The notes: generated by a model not told the origin, from the letters alone. DNA of 63,994 nt, filler included, from Peribolospora baueri (GCA_029717555.1; 6 parts of 6 records of this genome joined end to end with filler, not necessarily neighbours in it); one strand, 5' to 3'. Shown: positions 22,274 to 35,782, counted from the first letter of the whole stretch. A program made the numbers and translations.

Positions 22274-25200
22274 ATGGCCGCCCAAGCGCCGTACCAAGGC
22301 CGCACCGACGCCGATGGGCAGGGCATCGACGTCGACGTCGACTGGTCTGCCGTCCTTAAACACAGCCGCCCCTCCGACTCGCCTGCCGTTCAGCAACATT
22401 CCATGCCCGGCTCGCCCTTCCTCTCCACCTCCTACAGCCAACCCATCCACTCCGCCGCCGTCTTCCCCGCTTCGCACCTCTCCGTCGCCGGCTCGCCGTT
22501 CGAGAACCAATTCGCCTTCGGCACCGCTCTCAGCGCCGGCCAGTACGACACCTCGTTCGATGACCAACTGTCAAGGCCCTACACGCCTTCGTACGCCGCG
22601 AGCGCCCACTCCTTCGACGACGCCGCCTCTTTTGCCGACTCTTTCCACGACGGTGCAGGCAGCGCCATCTTCCAGGGCCCCGACGACGACTGGGACGGGC
22701 AGGCCGCGCTCTACGACCCGCGCACTTCCGACCAGTACTCCCTCCTTACCTCGCCTCCGGACAACACCGAGGCGGGACAGGCGATGGAACAAGGTCAGAC
22801 CCTTTTCATCGACCAATACGACGCCATGCGCGCCCGCTCGCCCGCCGCCTTCCCTTCGCCCACTCCGAGCCCCTTCCTCGGCCACACCCGAGCGCCGTCG
22901 TTTGGCTCCGAGTCCGGCATGAGCTCCCTTGGCGACGGTGGTGGTGAAGCCCATCAAACGCCCTCCGGCGGCTACGCTTCCCTCGATCTCAGCGCGATCG
23001 ACCTCGACAACCACGGCCAACACCTGCCGCCCGCTTTCGAGTCTTCCCCGCCCAGCCAGGTGTCTTTCCAGAACACCACTTCCTTCACCATCGAACACCA
23101 CCCGCCCTCCGCACCCGCCACGTTCACCTCTTTCTCTCAACACTCTCCACCCGCCCTCTCTGTCGCCGCTCCCTCACCACCGCAGCATCAGCAACAGCAG
23201 CAGCAGCAGCCATCCCTCTCGCTCGGCATCCCCGCCACGCCCGGCTCAACGCTCCAAGCATCCACGCCTCAACCCACGCTGCAGATCCCTTCCGGACCGG
23301 ACATTAACATCGTCCCCTGCACGCCCTCCACGCCCACCCAGGCATCTACGACCGGCAAAGGCTTTGACGGCGTGCTCCAGTCCCTCGTCCAACATTCCAA
23401 CCCGTCCAACTCTGGTGAGCCTCGTCTCGTCCGCTCTCTCACTCCGCTTCCGTGCGTGCTTAGAGCCACTCGTGTCGAGCTCACCTAAGACGTTTCATGA
23501 TGGCTATGTCCAGCAGCTCCCGAAGCGGCTCCCTCCATGAACGCTCCCTCAGGCCCGTCTCAACAGCGCTCCCCGATTCAGAACACAAGCCGAGCAGCGT
23601 CCGTGGGCCCCTCGGTGAACGGCGGCGGCCAATCACGCGGCCATCTGTCCTCCTTTTCCGGCCACAGCAGCAGCAGCAGCAGCAACAGCGGCGCCGTGAC
23701 GTTCGCGCCCCTCAACACCAAAGATATGGACGCAGCCCTCCTCCGAAAATACCTTTCCCTTGACGTCGAGATGCCTTCGATTCCCACCCCCGACCGCAAG
23801 AACAGCGGAGACTCGCCGATCACGCCAGGAGGCACCCGCAAGCGAGCCAACTCGGACATCGGACCCAGGTCTCCCGTCGACTTTGGCGCTCTCTTCTTCG
23901 GAGAGCCAGGTAGGACGGGGTCGGACGGCCGGTGGGAGAAGTGGCTCAAGGCTGGTACGGAGCTGGGCATGGAAGGGTCCGCTATCAATGCGCCGTCGAC
24001 GGTGGCCGGCGCCGCGGCGGCAGGATTGGAATCGACGTTAGGCATGGGCGCGGGCATGGCCATAGGCATGGGCGCGGGCATGGCCATGGCCATGGGCATG
24101 AACATAGGTCTCACCCAAGCTGGGGTCGCTTTCCAGACGGGCGCATATACCTTAGCCGCCACCGGCGCCGCCGCTGGCCCGTCCACAATGTCCCTCGACC
24201 CGGCGTTGCTCGACGGTTCCCGTCCGTCTTCCAGCTCCGGTCTCATACCCGACCACCGCCCGTCGTCCTCCGGCGAACTCGTCGACAGCTCCACCGGACC
24301 CGACCGGCGGCGCACTTTCGGACAGGGCAGCCTCAGCCCGCGCATGACCGGCGCCGGATCCCCGGGGTACGGCATGGGCATGTTCAGAGGCCTCGATGCC
24401 CTACCGCCTCCTGTTGTGCCGTCCAACTTGGCCGACCCGCCTCTTACCTTTGGCGCCTTGCGTAGGGCGGCCAGCACGGGCCACCGTCGGGCAGCTAGGT
24501 CGGAAGACTTGAGTGCCGCTGCCAGGAGAGCGGCCGCGGCCGGTGCCGCAGGGTCGGAGGGTTCGTTTGACTTTTTGGCGCAGATCAAGGCCGCCGATGG
24601 AAGCCTTGCACCACCCAACACGGCTCCTCTCTATCGCGGCGAGGGCCGAGGTCGAGGAGGCGCGTCGTCCGCCGTCGGACAAGCGCCGAGCACGCCCGGC
24701 GGGGGACCCGTGTACAGCTCTGCGGCGGCGCAAGCGGCGGCCATCTCGTACCACGCTCGCAACGCTTCTACGTCAAGCAGTATCGGCTCTTCCTCCCGCT
24801 CGCCCTCTATCCACTCCTCCTCTGCCCAGCTCTCGCCGGGCCTCTCGCCGTCCTTGTCGCCCAACCAGAGCCCGAGCATGTCCCCCTTACCCGCCACGCC
24901 CGGTCTACCTCATGCCGGGCACGTCTTGGAGCAAGCCAGAACACCGTCGGCCTCCTCTGGCGGGAGGACGATGGAGGCGGGGATGAGCAGCATACCAGGA
25001 ATCCCGGCCAGTCACATCGTCAGCCCGAACCCGACCACGCCCGCCACGCAGCTGGCCAGCTCGGCGAGGAGAAAGACGGAGCCGACGCATGTGTGTCCCG
25101 TCGAAGGGTGCGGGAGCACGTTTACGAGGCTGTACAACTTGTACGTTCGTCTCCTCCATTCCATGCCCTTCGTTTCGAGCCCAAACTGACCACATCGCCG

Positions 25201-25980
25201 CCCCTTCTGCCTCGAACAGAAAAGGACACTTGAGATCTCACCTGGATGAGAGGCCGTTCAAGTGCGATTGGCCCGGTTGCGGAAAGTCGGTGAGTCGCTC
25301 GCCCCCGATTTCGGTCCCCTGCCAAAGCTCTTTTCCCCCTTGGCCATTGGTCGCTTACCCACCTCGCTTCTTCTCCTTTTCGGGTTTTTTTCTAGTTCGC
25401 ACGTGCACGTGAGTGTGCGATCTGCTCGTCTTGCCCTCACCTCAGCTTTGGTGTCTCTCAGGCTCATCTCTTTCCCCTCATCTATGCGTCTTTGGCCGTG
25501 GAAAGACGACGCGAAGCGCCATCAGAACCTCCACTTGAACATCAAGCCGCACCAGTGCGATACGTGCAAGAAGACGTTTGCACGCCTCGAGTGAGTGCCC
25601 TTCTATTCTCTCTTCTCTCTTCGCTCGTCCGTTCGCTTGCTTGTCCCCATGTTCAATGTTCTCGCTGCTCTTCCTTCCATCTTTCCGCCTCCGCGGTCCA
25701 TCCGATCCACCTGGACAGCGCCCTCAATCGCCACCTCAAGTCGGCAGAAGGCCAAGGGTGCACCGCAGGCGCACGCTCGGGTTCGAACAGTCGAGAGCGT
25801 TCCAATATCGACCTCGTAGCTGGAGCAGGTGACGACGCCGCCGACGACGATGTCGCTAATGGGGGACCAGGGGTGAAAAGGGAGGACACCGTCGGGTCCG
25901 TTGTGAAGCAGGAAATGGGTTTCGCCTTCCAGGCAGAGGGACCGATGGGCCCTGCCCGGTTCGGCGGCTTCGTGATGTGA
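22274..25980 (+). CDS. CRZ1: Crz1/Sp1-like calcineurin-responsive C2H2 zinc-finger transcription factor, 6 exons
   Basis: Spliced fingers CPVEGCGSTFTRLYNLKGHLRSH, CDWPGCGKSFARAHDAKRHQNLH and CDTCKKTFARLDALNRHLKSAEGQGC. PxIxIT-like PDINIV motif. Introns 23415-23513, 25141-25219, 25290-25395, 25409-25505 and 25591-25718. Confidence 0.8.
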
Positions 25981-26383
25981 GCGGTTGCCGTGTGGCGTGG
26001 CGGGCGAGCGTGGCCCACGCATGGGCAGGCTGTGGGGTGCGGCGTCAGGAGGCATCGACCACCCACCCACCCACCCACCCATCCATCCGTCCATCCGTCC
26101 AGCCGCCGTTACCCCCTTTTCCTTCCTTCCTTCCTTCCTTCCTCACCGTCCATCCGTCCCCTTGCAGACCGCTCTCGCCTTCTCCCTTCCAATTTTTTTG
26201 TTTTGTTTTTGGCTGAACGTCAAAACGAACGTCGAACGTGTTTTACCCGTCTCTCTCCCCCAGATTTCCCGTCCCTGTCCCCCTCTGTACGGTACTTTTT
26301 TTTTCTTCTTTTCTTTTTTCGCCCGCCCTCCGTCTCCTCGAATACCCTCTCTTCTCCCCGCCCCACGCGCCTCCTTCTTTCTC

Positions 26384-26483
26384 NNNNNNNNNNNNNNNNN
26401 NNNNNNNNNNNNNNNNNNNNNNNNNNNTTAATTAATTAANNNNNNNNNNNNNNNNNNNNNNNNNNNNNNNNNNNNNNNNNNNN
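26384..26483. other. Artificial contig linker
   Basis: N44-TTAATTAATTAA-N44. Confidence 0.98.
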
Positions 26484-26833
26484 TTTTTTTTTTTTTCGTT
26501 TTCGGCATCCGGCTCCCTCGGTCGCTGTGTGCGGCCAGCGTCGGCCACCTAGCGCTGCTGCTTGCTCATCTTCATCTGCGCCGACGTCGGTTGTTCGGCG
26601 CGACTCGGGATGGGGCAGGGGTGGCCTTGGGGTTGGGCTTAGCCCAAGGCGGACTGGAAAGGGATAGGCGGGCGTAAGGGCACCTGCCGGGGCGTGGAAG
26701 GTTCCTCCGAAGGCGAGCTGCGACGGACGTCCCACGTTTCTTTAAAAACAGAGTTAAAAGTGACGAGCATAGCGTACGTGGCCAAGGGGGGCCGCCTTGG
26801 GCCTGTTGTGGACGAGCCGCAGACGTGGATCGG

Positions 26834-26843
26834 TAACCCTAAC
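26834..26843 (+). promoter_or_regulatory. Telomere-like box TAACCCTAAC upstream of NCB2
   Basis: Exact 10-mer in intergenic DNA. Confidence 0.4.
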
Positions 26844-27565
26844 GGGCCGACCGCGACGCCGCGCTTGCGACTGATGGTCTTCGCCCTTTTCCTTTCCCCT
26901 TTCTTCCTTCTTCGCCCTCGCCCTTGCCTTCGCCCGCCCTTTGGCTTTTGCTCGGCCCGGAGTTAGTGCTTTAAATTGCGGCGGCCAGGAGGCGCGTCGC
27001 TCGCTCGCTCGGCTTTCCGGTTGGCCGTCCGTCGTCCGTGCTTGGTCTTGCTCCTTGGTCTTGGTCGTCGTCTGCCACGCCTTTTTCCTTGTTCCTTGCT
27101 TGCCTCGATCCGCTCCTTCGTCCACCCATCCGTCCATCCGTCCATCCGCCTTCGCTCGTCCATTCGTCCCTCCATCTATTTCTCCCGCCTCTTTTCCTGC
27201 CGGTCGGTTGAGGTGCGCGACGGACTTGGATCGTATCGCCGTCTCCGTCTCGTCGCTATCTCGTCGCCATCGCCGTCGCGCACGGGGCACCCACCACCTC
27301 GCCCGTCGTTGCGGACTCGGGTCACCAACGCAACTCTAGGTTACGTTGTCGCTGCACCTCCTTAGACCCCTTCCAGCTTGGCTTCGCCCTCGTCATCCGC
27401 CCCTCCTTCCATCCAGCCATCCTTCCATCCGTCTCGTCCACGTGCGCCAGCCGAACTCCGTCTCGACCTTCTTTTCTTCTCTTCTCTTCTCTTCTCTTCT
27501 CTTCTCTTCGCCTCGCCTTCTCCCTCTCCTCCCCCCTCCCACTCTTGGTCACCTGCACCCCCGCC

Positions 27566-28244
27566 ATGGCCTCCGACGACGAGCGCTTCGGCAGCGCTGC
27601 CGCCGTCGACGACGACCTCTCCCTCCCCAAGGCCACCGTCCAAAAGCTCATCCACGGTGCGACCTCCCATCCCATCCACGCCGCGTCACCGACGCGTTGG
27701 CTCACCGCTCACATGATTTCCTTCCTTCCGCCCAGAGATGTTGCCATCCGACATCGTCTGCTCCAAGGAAACCCGCGACCTGCTCATCGAGTGCTGCGTC
27801 GGTGAGCATCCCGTGCCCTTGCCCCTGCGCCTCACCCTTGCATCCCGTCCCACGTCGCTGACCCGACCCATGCGATGCCCCCTAGAATTCATCCACCTCG
27901 TCTCGTCCGAAGCCAACGACGTGTGCGAGAAGGATACCAAGAAGACGATCGCCCCCGAACACGTCGTCACCGCCCTCCAGGTGCGTGCCTCGCTCTCGTC
28001 CCTCCTCGACGACGTCCCGCGCTCACCCTCCTCTTCCACCTGCTCTCCGCCCCCAAAGGACCTCGGTTTCGAGAACTACGTCTCCGAAGTGGCAGAGGTA
28101 CTCCAGGACCACAAGCGCGCCCAAAAAGACCGCGAGCGCAAGACGACCCGGCTCGAGCAATCCGGCCTAACGCAGGAGGAGCTCGAGAAGCAGCAGCAGA
28201 TGCTCTTTGCCGCCAGTCGGGCCAGGTATGAGGCCAATCAGTGA
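27566..28244 (+). CDS. NCB2: Negative cofactor 2 beta subunit (Dr1/NC2-beta, histone fold), 4 exons
   Basis: DDDLSLPKATVQKLIH-EMLPSDIVCSKETRDLLIECCVEFIHLVSSEANDVCEKDTKKTIAPEHVVTALQDLGF...SGLTQEELEKQQQMLFAASRARY. Confidence 0.95.
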
Positions 28245-29937
28245 TCAGTGATCTTGGATGGCCCCCGGTGAGACTTTGTCGGTCGGTCGGAATGGCTCGT
28301 TGGATTCGGTCAGATCTTTGTGGGCGGCGGTGTGGTGCGGTGGGCACGCACGCTCGGACGACGATGCGGTGCCCTCTCAGCCTTACTTCGTCCATCCCAT
28401 CCGAGGACGATCACGCTCAACCGGGCCATCTGGGCGACGCCGGACTCGCGCACGGACAGGTCGCCGCCGCTACCAGCCGGTCGGTTCCCCGGCCCAAGGT
28501 CGTCAGGGATCGGTCTCGTCGACGACACTACCACTCATGCCCACGGACGTGAGATACCAGTGCAGCTAGCCAGCCGTCGTCGTCGGGACGAGATCGGCCC
28601 TCGGTGGTACGGTTTTTTGCGGGCCGCGGCCGGGAGACGAGGTCGTATCTGACTCTTCAGCAGGAACGACATCGACTTGACCTGTCTGGCGAGGCCGCCT
28701 ACCGCCTACGTTTGAGAAGGACAGACGGCACGGCTTATCTCGTCGACGCACCTTGGCCTACCACCGCCACCGCTCTCCCTCTGTCCATCTGTCTATCTCT
28801 TTGGCAGCCCTCTTCCGCCCCGCCCACGGTCATGCACATAGCACACATGCACACACCTCGACAGCGCTCAGCTCACCCATCCCTCGGCCCTTCCCATCCA
28901 TCGAACCATCCAACGTATCCATGCGCTCTCGTTTCCGCCCGCCCGCCCCGTTCGCATGCAGCAGAGACGGTGGGGCGATGGTGTGGCGAGGCGGGGGCGG
29001 GGAAGGGGGGGCAGGGCGGATCGTCGAAGCGGCAGCCGGGTCCGTCGGGTCGGGTGGCGTGGAGCTAGTTTAGGGGAGCGACTGCAGGTACGAGCATGGA
29101 CAGTGTATTTTAGTTCTCTGCTTGTTCGTCCATTCTGTCTCGTCATTCTCCCGTCTTGTCCCGTCCGTCCTGTCTGTCCACCCGTCCGTCCGTCCGTCCT
29201 CGCCTCGCCTCAGCCCACCATCTTGAAAGCCCTTTCCTCGTCTGGTCAGTCTCCTTTCACCGATCGCCGTCCGTCCGAGTCGGCGGGTCATTCTAGAATG
29301 GGTCGCTGTATCGCCACGCCACGCCCAAGTCCATTGGCTCGCATCCCTTTCGTCCCCCGCTCTCGTTCTTCTCCCGAAGACTTTATGCCGTTACGTGCAC
29401 CCCCTGGCCCAACCGACCGACCATCTCTCGCCACGGCCTCCTCTCTCCTCTCTCCGTCCAACTCTCCCTCCCCTCCCTCCCTCCCTCCGTCTGCGCTAGA
29501 CAGAATCGGAAATCGGACCGGATCACGTCACGTCGCGTCGCGTCACATCACAGCACCGTCGCCGGATTAGATAGGATAGGATAGGATAGGATTTATCCAT
29601 GCGCTTCCCATAGATTAAACCGTCCCACGTAGTCTACGTCTACGTCTACGTCATTGACGCCGAGCCGACGCAGAGTCGAAATCTCTTGCCTCACTGCTAA
29701 GGGAAAAGAAAAAGGAAAAGGAAAAGGAAAGAGAGCGTTGGTGTGGTGGTCGTTCGTGTCCCGTCACGTCGTCGTGCTTTCAGCCCGTCGTCCCCTGTTT
29801 CCCGATCTGTGGGCGAGGGAAAGTGCGACGGCGGAAGGAGGATGGGGTTTGAATGGTGGCGAACGATGCGGACGATGAGGGCGAGGACGAGGGCCGTGGC
29901 TGGCTGGTTTGGACTGGTTGGCTCTTTCGGAGCGACC

Positions 29938-32812
29938 TCAGGACGTCTTGTCGAAGAAAGGACCGTCGGCGTGGGCGGTGATGTAGCTATGGATAGAAGC
30001 CATTCACGGACGAGCACGGCGAAAAGGCCGGGTCGAGAGTCAGTCGTGACCGTCGCATCCCATCCCAGCGGGACCGTTCATTAGGTGCAGGCCCGGTGGG
30101 CCCCTGCTCTGCGTAAAGGGTTAGGGAACGATGGGGAAAGTGCGCGCACGCACCCGTCGGGATCGTACTTGGCCTTGACCGACTTGAGCCGGTCGTAACT
30201 GCCGTAGGACTCGAACACGGGTTGGTCCGCCGCTGCGTCGTTGAGGAACAGCGGGAGGTCTCGGTCCGAAGGGATGCTGAGGGCAAGAGAAAGAGAAGGC
30301 GAGGTGTGGGCTCGGGAGCGTGATGACAATAAAAGCGACCGTCTGTCCCCTTCCGTCTGTTCTCGTCGCCTTCTCCGACCGGGTCGATGACGAAAGGCGG
30401 GCCAAGCAAAGCGCTCAAAGACTCACGAGCCTATCCAAGTTTTTGCCGCCTTCTGCAGGTCTTCCGTCAACAGGTCCCCGGTCCATTGAATGACAACGTT
30501 GAACCAAGCGTAGGGTCCTATGTGCGGGACGACGGGCGGGACGACATGTCATGAGCGGATCATACAACAGACGGACATAGATGAAGACGAGGCCTCTGTG
30601 ACCGACCGACCCACCGTCAGGGCTCTCCTGGGCGTTGCCCCCCTTGGCGCGGCTCTGCTCGATCAGACTCTGCATCACGGGCTCGATGTCGAACGAGGTG
30701 AGCGTCCACTTGCCGTACTGCTCGTCGGAGAACTTCTTGAAGGCGGCGTAGGCGGTGAAGAGCGTGCCGTTCTTGATGCGGAAGGAGCCTGTGCGGAAAT
30801 ACTGGTTGGAGCCGTAACCTGCGCGAGAAGCAATAGAAGGGGCCGAAAAGAATCAAGGACTACGATCCAATTTAGGTGGCCGCCCTTGAAGAGTCTTACC
30901 GGCGCCCTGAGGGAGGTGCAAAGTTTGGGTCAACCGAGGGCTGAGCCATCCGGTCCACATTGGAGACGAGAAGAGCGACCCACAGCGTCATTCATCGTAG
31001 TCGTCGACAAGTAGGTTCGCTTCTGTACGGTGCTGGAGATGTGCGGGATGGCGAGAAACTCGTCGAACACGCCCGCGGGAACGGTCGGCCCGTCATAGAT
31101 GAGAAAGACCAGGGGCAATTCTCCGACGCCGACAACCTCGGAGAGGCTGATGATGATGGCTGGAAGGGAAAAAGGGCATTGTCGAGAATCAAAGCGCGCG
31201 TGAGTCGAGGGGAGGGGCAACGCCTTACGCTCCAACTACGCACCGGCCTTGGGATCCGTGTTCTTGTTGATAAAGTTCTCGGTGGCGCGCTGGGACGAAT
31301 GAAATTCCATGCCGGCCGTCAGCAGAGGCCAGCCAGGGCTCAGGCGAACACAGAAAAACGGCGAACGAGATTACCAGTATATCTGGGATACTCGAAGGCG
31401 GGTACTGAGAGACGCGGTACGACCGATGGCAGAAGAGGGTCAGTGTGACGGAATCACTCGACTTGCGGACGTGCTGATCGTAGGCCTACGGCTTCATCTC
31501 ACTCACCGTTACGTCGCCGGAGGTGAAGATGCCGGTGGGGTATGTCATTAGGGTGTAGGAAGTGACGATTCCAAATTGGTTCCCACCACCTGTGAAAGAG
31601 ACAGCCGAGAGACCAAGGGTTCAGGCCTGCGCGTCGTCCGGATCAAAGCATCCTGATCAAAGCAGAAGTAAGATAGACGTCCACACGAACCCTTAAGAGC
31701 CCAGAAGAGATCCGAGTACTTGTTGTCCTTGGTCGCAGTGACCAGCTCGCCGGAGATGAGGACGACGTCGAGCGAGACAAAGTTGTCGCATGCCAGGCCG
31801 TACTGGCCCGAGAGGTAGGAGAGTCCGCCTGTTCCGTGCAAGGAGGAGTGAGTGTACCGTCTAAAGACGCGCATGGAGGCGGTCCATGTCCGCCGTTCCA
31901 TGTTACTCACCGCCGAGCATGAGTCCCGAGCCGACATCGCTGAGTGACAAAGATTTAAACCGATCGAGGTCAGCTGGGGATGGTGTTGCTTATCGACACG
32001 CTCCGTCGCAGACTGCCAATCACCTCAACCTGCCGCCGACAACAGTAACGTTGAACTGGGCCAGGTAAGAGTAGGTATCGAGCCACCTGTTGCCCGGCTG
32101 GATGGTGGCCGTGTTGGAAGCGGCGTCATAGGACTTGTCCTTGGCATTGGCAAAGTCGATGAGAATGCCCTTTGTACTGGGTCGTTCGGCGGGGGACGGA
32201 GCGGGAGTTGAGTCGGCCGGTGGAGCGACGACGACGCGGAACGGAAGAGCGGTTGAGCAAAACTGTTCGGCTCACCTGCTCCACCCCGTATTGGTGGTGT
32301 GTCCGCCGGCCTTGACGGCATAGGAAGCGTTGGAGGCGCGGATGGCTTTGACAGCGGCGACGACCTCGTCATTCGAGACGGGCAGAACGATGCATGCCGC
32401 TCCTGGAAGCTCGTTGAAGAGGGTAGCGAGAACGGCTGGGTTATGACACGCTCCGACGGTGCTTTTATCGCCTTGTTTTGCCTCTCTCCTTCCTTCCTGT
32501 CTTTCTCCAATCAGACGAGGTTGAATCGGGACCACGAGATGACTCACGATTCTCAGCCTGAGCGGCGTTGTAGTAGTGCTGGGTCTCGTATTCGTACGTG
32601 GGTTCATACGCGAACTGCACCTTGTCGCTGCCCAGACTGGCTTTCAGATCGGCGCATGCCTGGGCAACAGTGATGGTGGCCGTCGAGTTGACGGCCGAAG
32701 TGCCGTTGCCTTTCCCACTCTGATTAGGTACCACGAGGGAAGCGGTGGGGGAGACGGCCGAGGAGAAAGGGAGGGAAAGGAGGAGCGAGGTGAGGACGGT
32801 GTTGAAAAGCAT
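29938..32812 (-). CDS. Secreted FAD-linked oxidoreductase (FAD_binding_4 + BBE domain), many exons
   Basis: Signal peptide MLFNTVLTSLLLSLPFSSA. Covalent-FAD motif YAVKAGGHT. Also GGLSYLSGQYGLACDN, DLFWALKG-GGNQFGIVT and FLNDAAADQPVFESYGSYDRLKSVKAKYDPDG. Last exon 29986-29938 reads YITAHADGPFFDKTS*. Confidence 0.9.
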
Positions 32813-33465
32813 TTCCAAAGGGCCGCTTCACGCTGCGGGGGCGCGAGAGAGATTGAGAAAGGCCGAAAGGGAGTTCAGAGTATACTGGGCACTATCAACG
32901 AGCCGGACAGCGAGAACGGCGACCAGAGCGGTAACGAAGGTGCTCTTTATGGGGACGCGGCTGGACGCTCGAGAGGACCGCCAGCAGAAAGACGACACGC
33001 TGCGCCATTGGTTTAGCACGCTGCAGCTTGCCCGTCGTTCACAACCTAGGGTACGATATGGCATGGCTGGTGGTACGCAGAGTAAAGTTCATTGCGTCTC
33101 ACATCGGCTCAGCGGGCCGCGGCGTTCGGGTTCCACGGCTTGTGCAAGATGTACGCGTACGATTTTGCGATAGACGCGCGCTCTGCCGTGCACCCAGGGT
33201 TTGCCGTAAATCCAGCGGATGCGCTCGCTTCTGCGCAACGTCGGGCAGGAGACGGGTGAGGAATTTGGAGATCAGCGTGGTGCAGCTCCAAAGCACAGAC
33301 GGCTAAGCGCCTCTTGAGGACACGGAAAAGCATTCCGAGGCGCTAAAGTAGAGCAAGAGCACAGGCACTCGTGGGATCATCTGCGCGCTGTTCCCGGAGC
33401 CCCTCAGAAGAAAGGAAGAAAATAGCATGAAGGCAGAAATCTGATACGATCATCCACGCGCGACA

Positions 33466-33475
33466 GTTAGGGTTA
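33466..33475 (-). promoter_or_regulatory. Telomere-like box TAACCCTAAC in the divergent oxidase/C2H2 promoter
   Basis: GTTAGGGTTA on the + strand. Confidence 0.4.
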
Positions 33476-34076
33476 CTCATCGTGGGAATCTCGGCGTTTC
33501 GGAGGAAAGCGCACTTGGCTCGGCGCTGTTTCGCCGGGGCGGCCAGGACGGCTGCTCGTCGCCACTTCCATCTCCTCCTCGCCGCAGACCCATTCGCGTC
33601 CGCAGAACCGTCGACCGCAGTGTATCCCGCAGTCATTTGGTAGGGCGCGACGGTCGTGCCTACCCCAGAACACCCACGCACAGCACCACACCCGCTCCGG
33701 AGGCCCTCTGCGCCACGCCTCGGTGCCGTCTCAGGCCCGCAAGGCCCCCAGTCACAGCGCGCTGTTGACCGCCACGTCGATAGGTGAGTAATCGTCGCTA
33801 CGAGGTGCAAACGGCGAGCACGCGTCGAGGGTGAAGTCGCAAGCCGGCTCGCTGTCGCGACCGCGATGGATGGCATGTGGATGCTGAGAGAAAGCGCGTT
33901 TTTTTCTTCTTTTCTCGCTTCACTCGCCATCTCGGTGGGCCCCTATCGTGGTCTTGCTCGGTGGCGCGCATGGACGGCAACGCGATCTTTTGTTGTGCGG
34001 GCGCGTCGCGTCTCCAGACCACTTGACACTTCATCCGCGAATCGCCAAGCTTGACCCTGCTCCTGCTCTAGCAGGC

Positions 34077-35782
34077 ATGTCTGCTCCCACCTCCACCGCC
34101 ATCATGACGTCCTCGGCGCGTTCCACCTCCGGCTCGCCCCACTCTTCGCCTCGCTCCGATCGCTCTGGTTCGCCCGGACCCACCCCTTATCCTCAGCCCA
34201 CGTCGTCGGCCCCGACCTCCTCGTCGGCCGCTCCGGCCGCGGCCCAGGCTCCCTTCTTCGGCCATTCCGTTCTAGAGCAGGCCGCCGCCGCTGCCGCCGC
34301 CACGTATTCTTCCAACAGTGGTATACCGCCGACGGGCAGCTACTATCCTGGCGCGGGCTTTGGCCACGAGTACTCCAACGAACGCGGCGGTGGGGCGGAC
34401 GGCGAAGGAGCAATGGAGGGTGCGCCCGGTGAAGCCCAGGAATTGCCTCCTTCCGACGCGCCGGACCCGACGGAGAACGCCGAAGCCGGCACATCAGTTG
34501 CGTCGCCTCTCAAGTCGGAGTCGACCTCGGGGAAGGGGTCCAAGGGCAAGAGGAAGACACGTTCGCCCGCGCATGAGGCATTGATCGGCCTCGCGAGTCT
34601 CATCAAGGACGCGCACCCACATCTGCAACACCACATCACGCATACTCTCGCGCACTCAACTCACCACTACGGCCACCATGGCTACCCCGGGTCGTCCTAT
34701 GGCGTCAACCCGTACCCGTATCCACTCCCGCCAAACGGAGCTAGAGGGCAGGGTGAGTAAAAGGAGACGATTGACTTCAATTCGGTCGTTGGTGGAGTGC
34801 TCGTATGCAGTCGGTCGCAGACGGCTGCAGGTCGGCCTCCGTGCGACTACGCGTCGGATCGTCGATCCAGTCACTTTGTTCCTTTCGCTATGCTGCATGA
34901 TGCTGATCTCTCCCGCGTTCTACTCGCTTAGATACCAACGGCACCCCCTATCAAGGCGACCAGGGCAGTCCAGATGCAGCTGCGGCGGCTGCAGCCATTC
35001 AAGCCAGCTTGGCCGCTCAACAAGTACAACAGTCCCATTCCACCGGCTCGCAGCCCAAGCCGAACGCGCCTGTGAAGCGTTTCCAGTGCCCCAAGTGCAC
35101 GCGAGCTTTTGCCAGAGCGTACAACCTCAACACCCACTTGAATACCCACGAAACCGACCCAAATCGCTCTAAGCCGTTCACCTGCCCGTATCCTACTTGC
35201 AAGAGCGACGGCGGACGGAGCTTCAGTCGCAAGCACGACCTTCAGCGCCACATCGCAAGCGTGCACGAGTTTGAGGCCGAGCCGGGTATCTACGGAGATG
35301 GGACAGGTCCGCTGTTCGCCGGAGGTGCTCCTGGATCCATCGGACCTGATGGGCAGATTGTTCCTAGTATTGGTGTCGATGGTCAGCCCATACATGCCGG
35401 GCCCACCGGTGTCGCTCCCACTGGTGGTCTCCAAAGTCTCGGCCTCGGCAGCCCTGGCAAGAAGTTCAGGTGCGAGAAGTGCGGACGCGCGTTCGTCAGG
35501 AGAGACGCTCTGCGAAGGCACGCGGATTGCAGTGGAGGCAGGGGCCACGGTCAGCATCAGCAGCCCCACCCGCTTCAGCAGGCTGAGGCGGTTCTGCCCG
35601 AGCACCACCAGTCGCAAGAGAGCATGGACGCAGCGCAAATGGGCGGGGTCGCCTACGAGCAACCTTCCCCTCTCCCGGCTGACGGCGAGCACCACGCGCA
35701 AGAGGATCAGCAGCATCTCCAGCACCAGCACCATGCCCCACATGACGAGCACCAGCAAGTACAGCCGAAGCCGCCCCAGTAG
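34077..35782 (+). CDS. C2H2 zinc-finger transcription factor, 2 exons
   Basis: CPKCTRAFARAYNLNTHLNTH, CPYPTCKSDGGRSFSRKHDLQRHIASVH and CEKCGRAFVRRDALRRHADC. Intron about 34753-34931. Confidence 0.88.

Noticed and set aside
26484..26900. GC-rich, potentially structured segment resembling an ncRNA (RNase P/MRP/SRP)
   Set aside because: No complete diagnostic motif set could be identified by eye; a covariance-model search would be needed.
2531..28244. Apparent RNA-surveillance and transcription cluster (YTH, SAP30-like, SMG6-like, Crz1-like, NC2-beta)
   Set aside because: It spans three contigs joined by artificial linkers. Only SAP30-like, SMG6-like and Crz1-like are physically linked, and they share no evident pathway.
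30118..30126. GGGTTAGGG as another telomere-like promoter box
   Set aside because: It lies inside the last intron of the FAD oxidase, not in a promoter.
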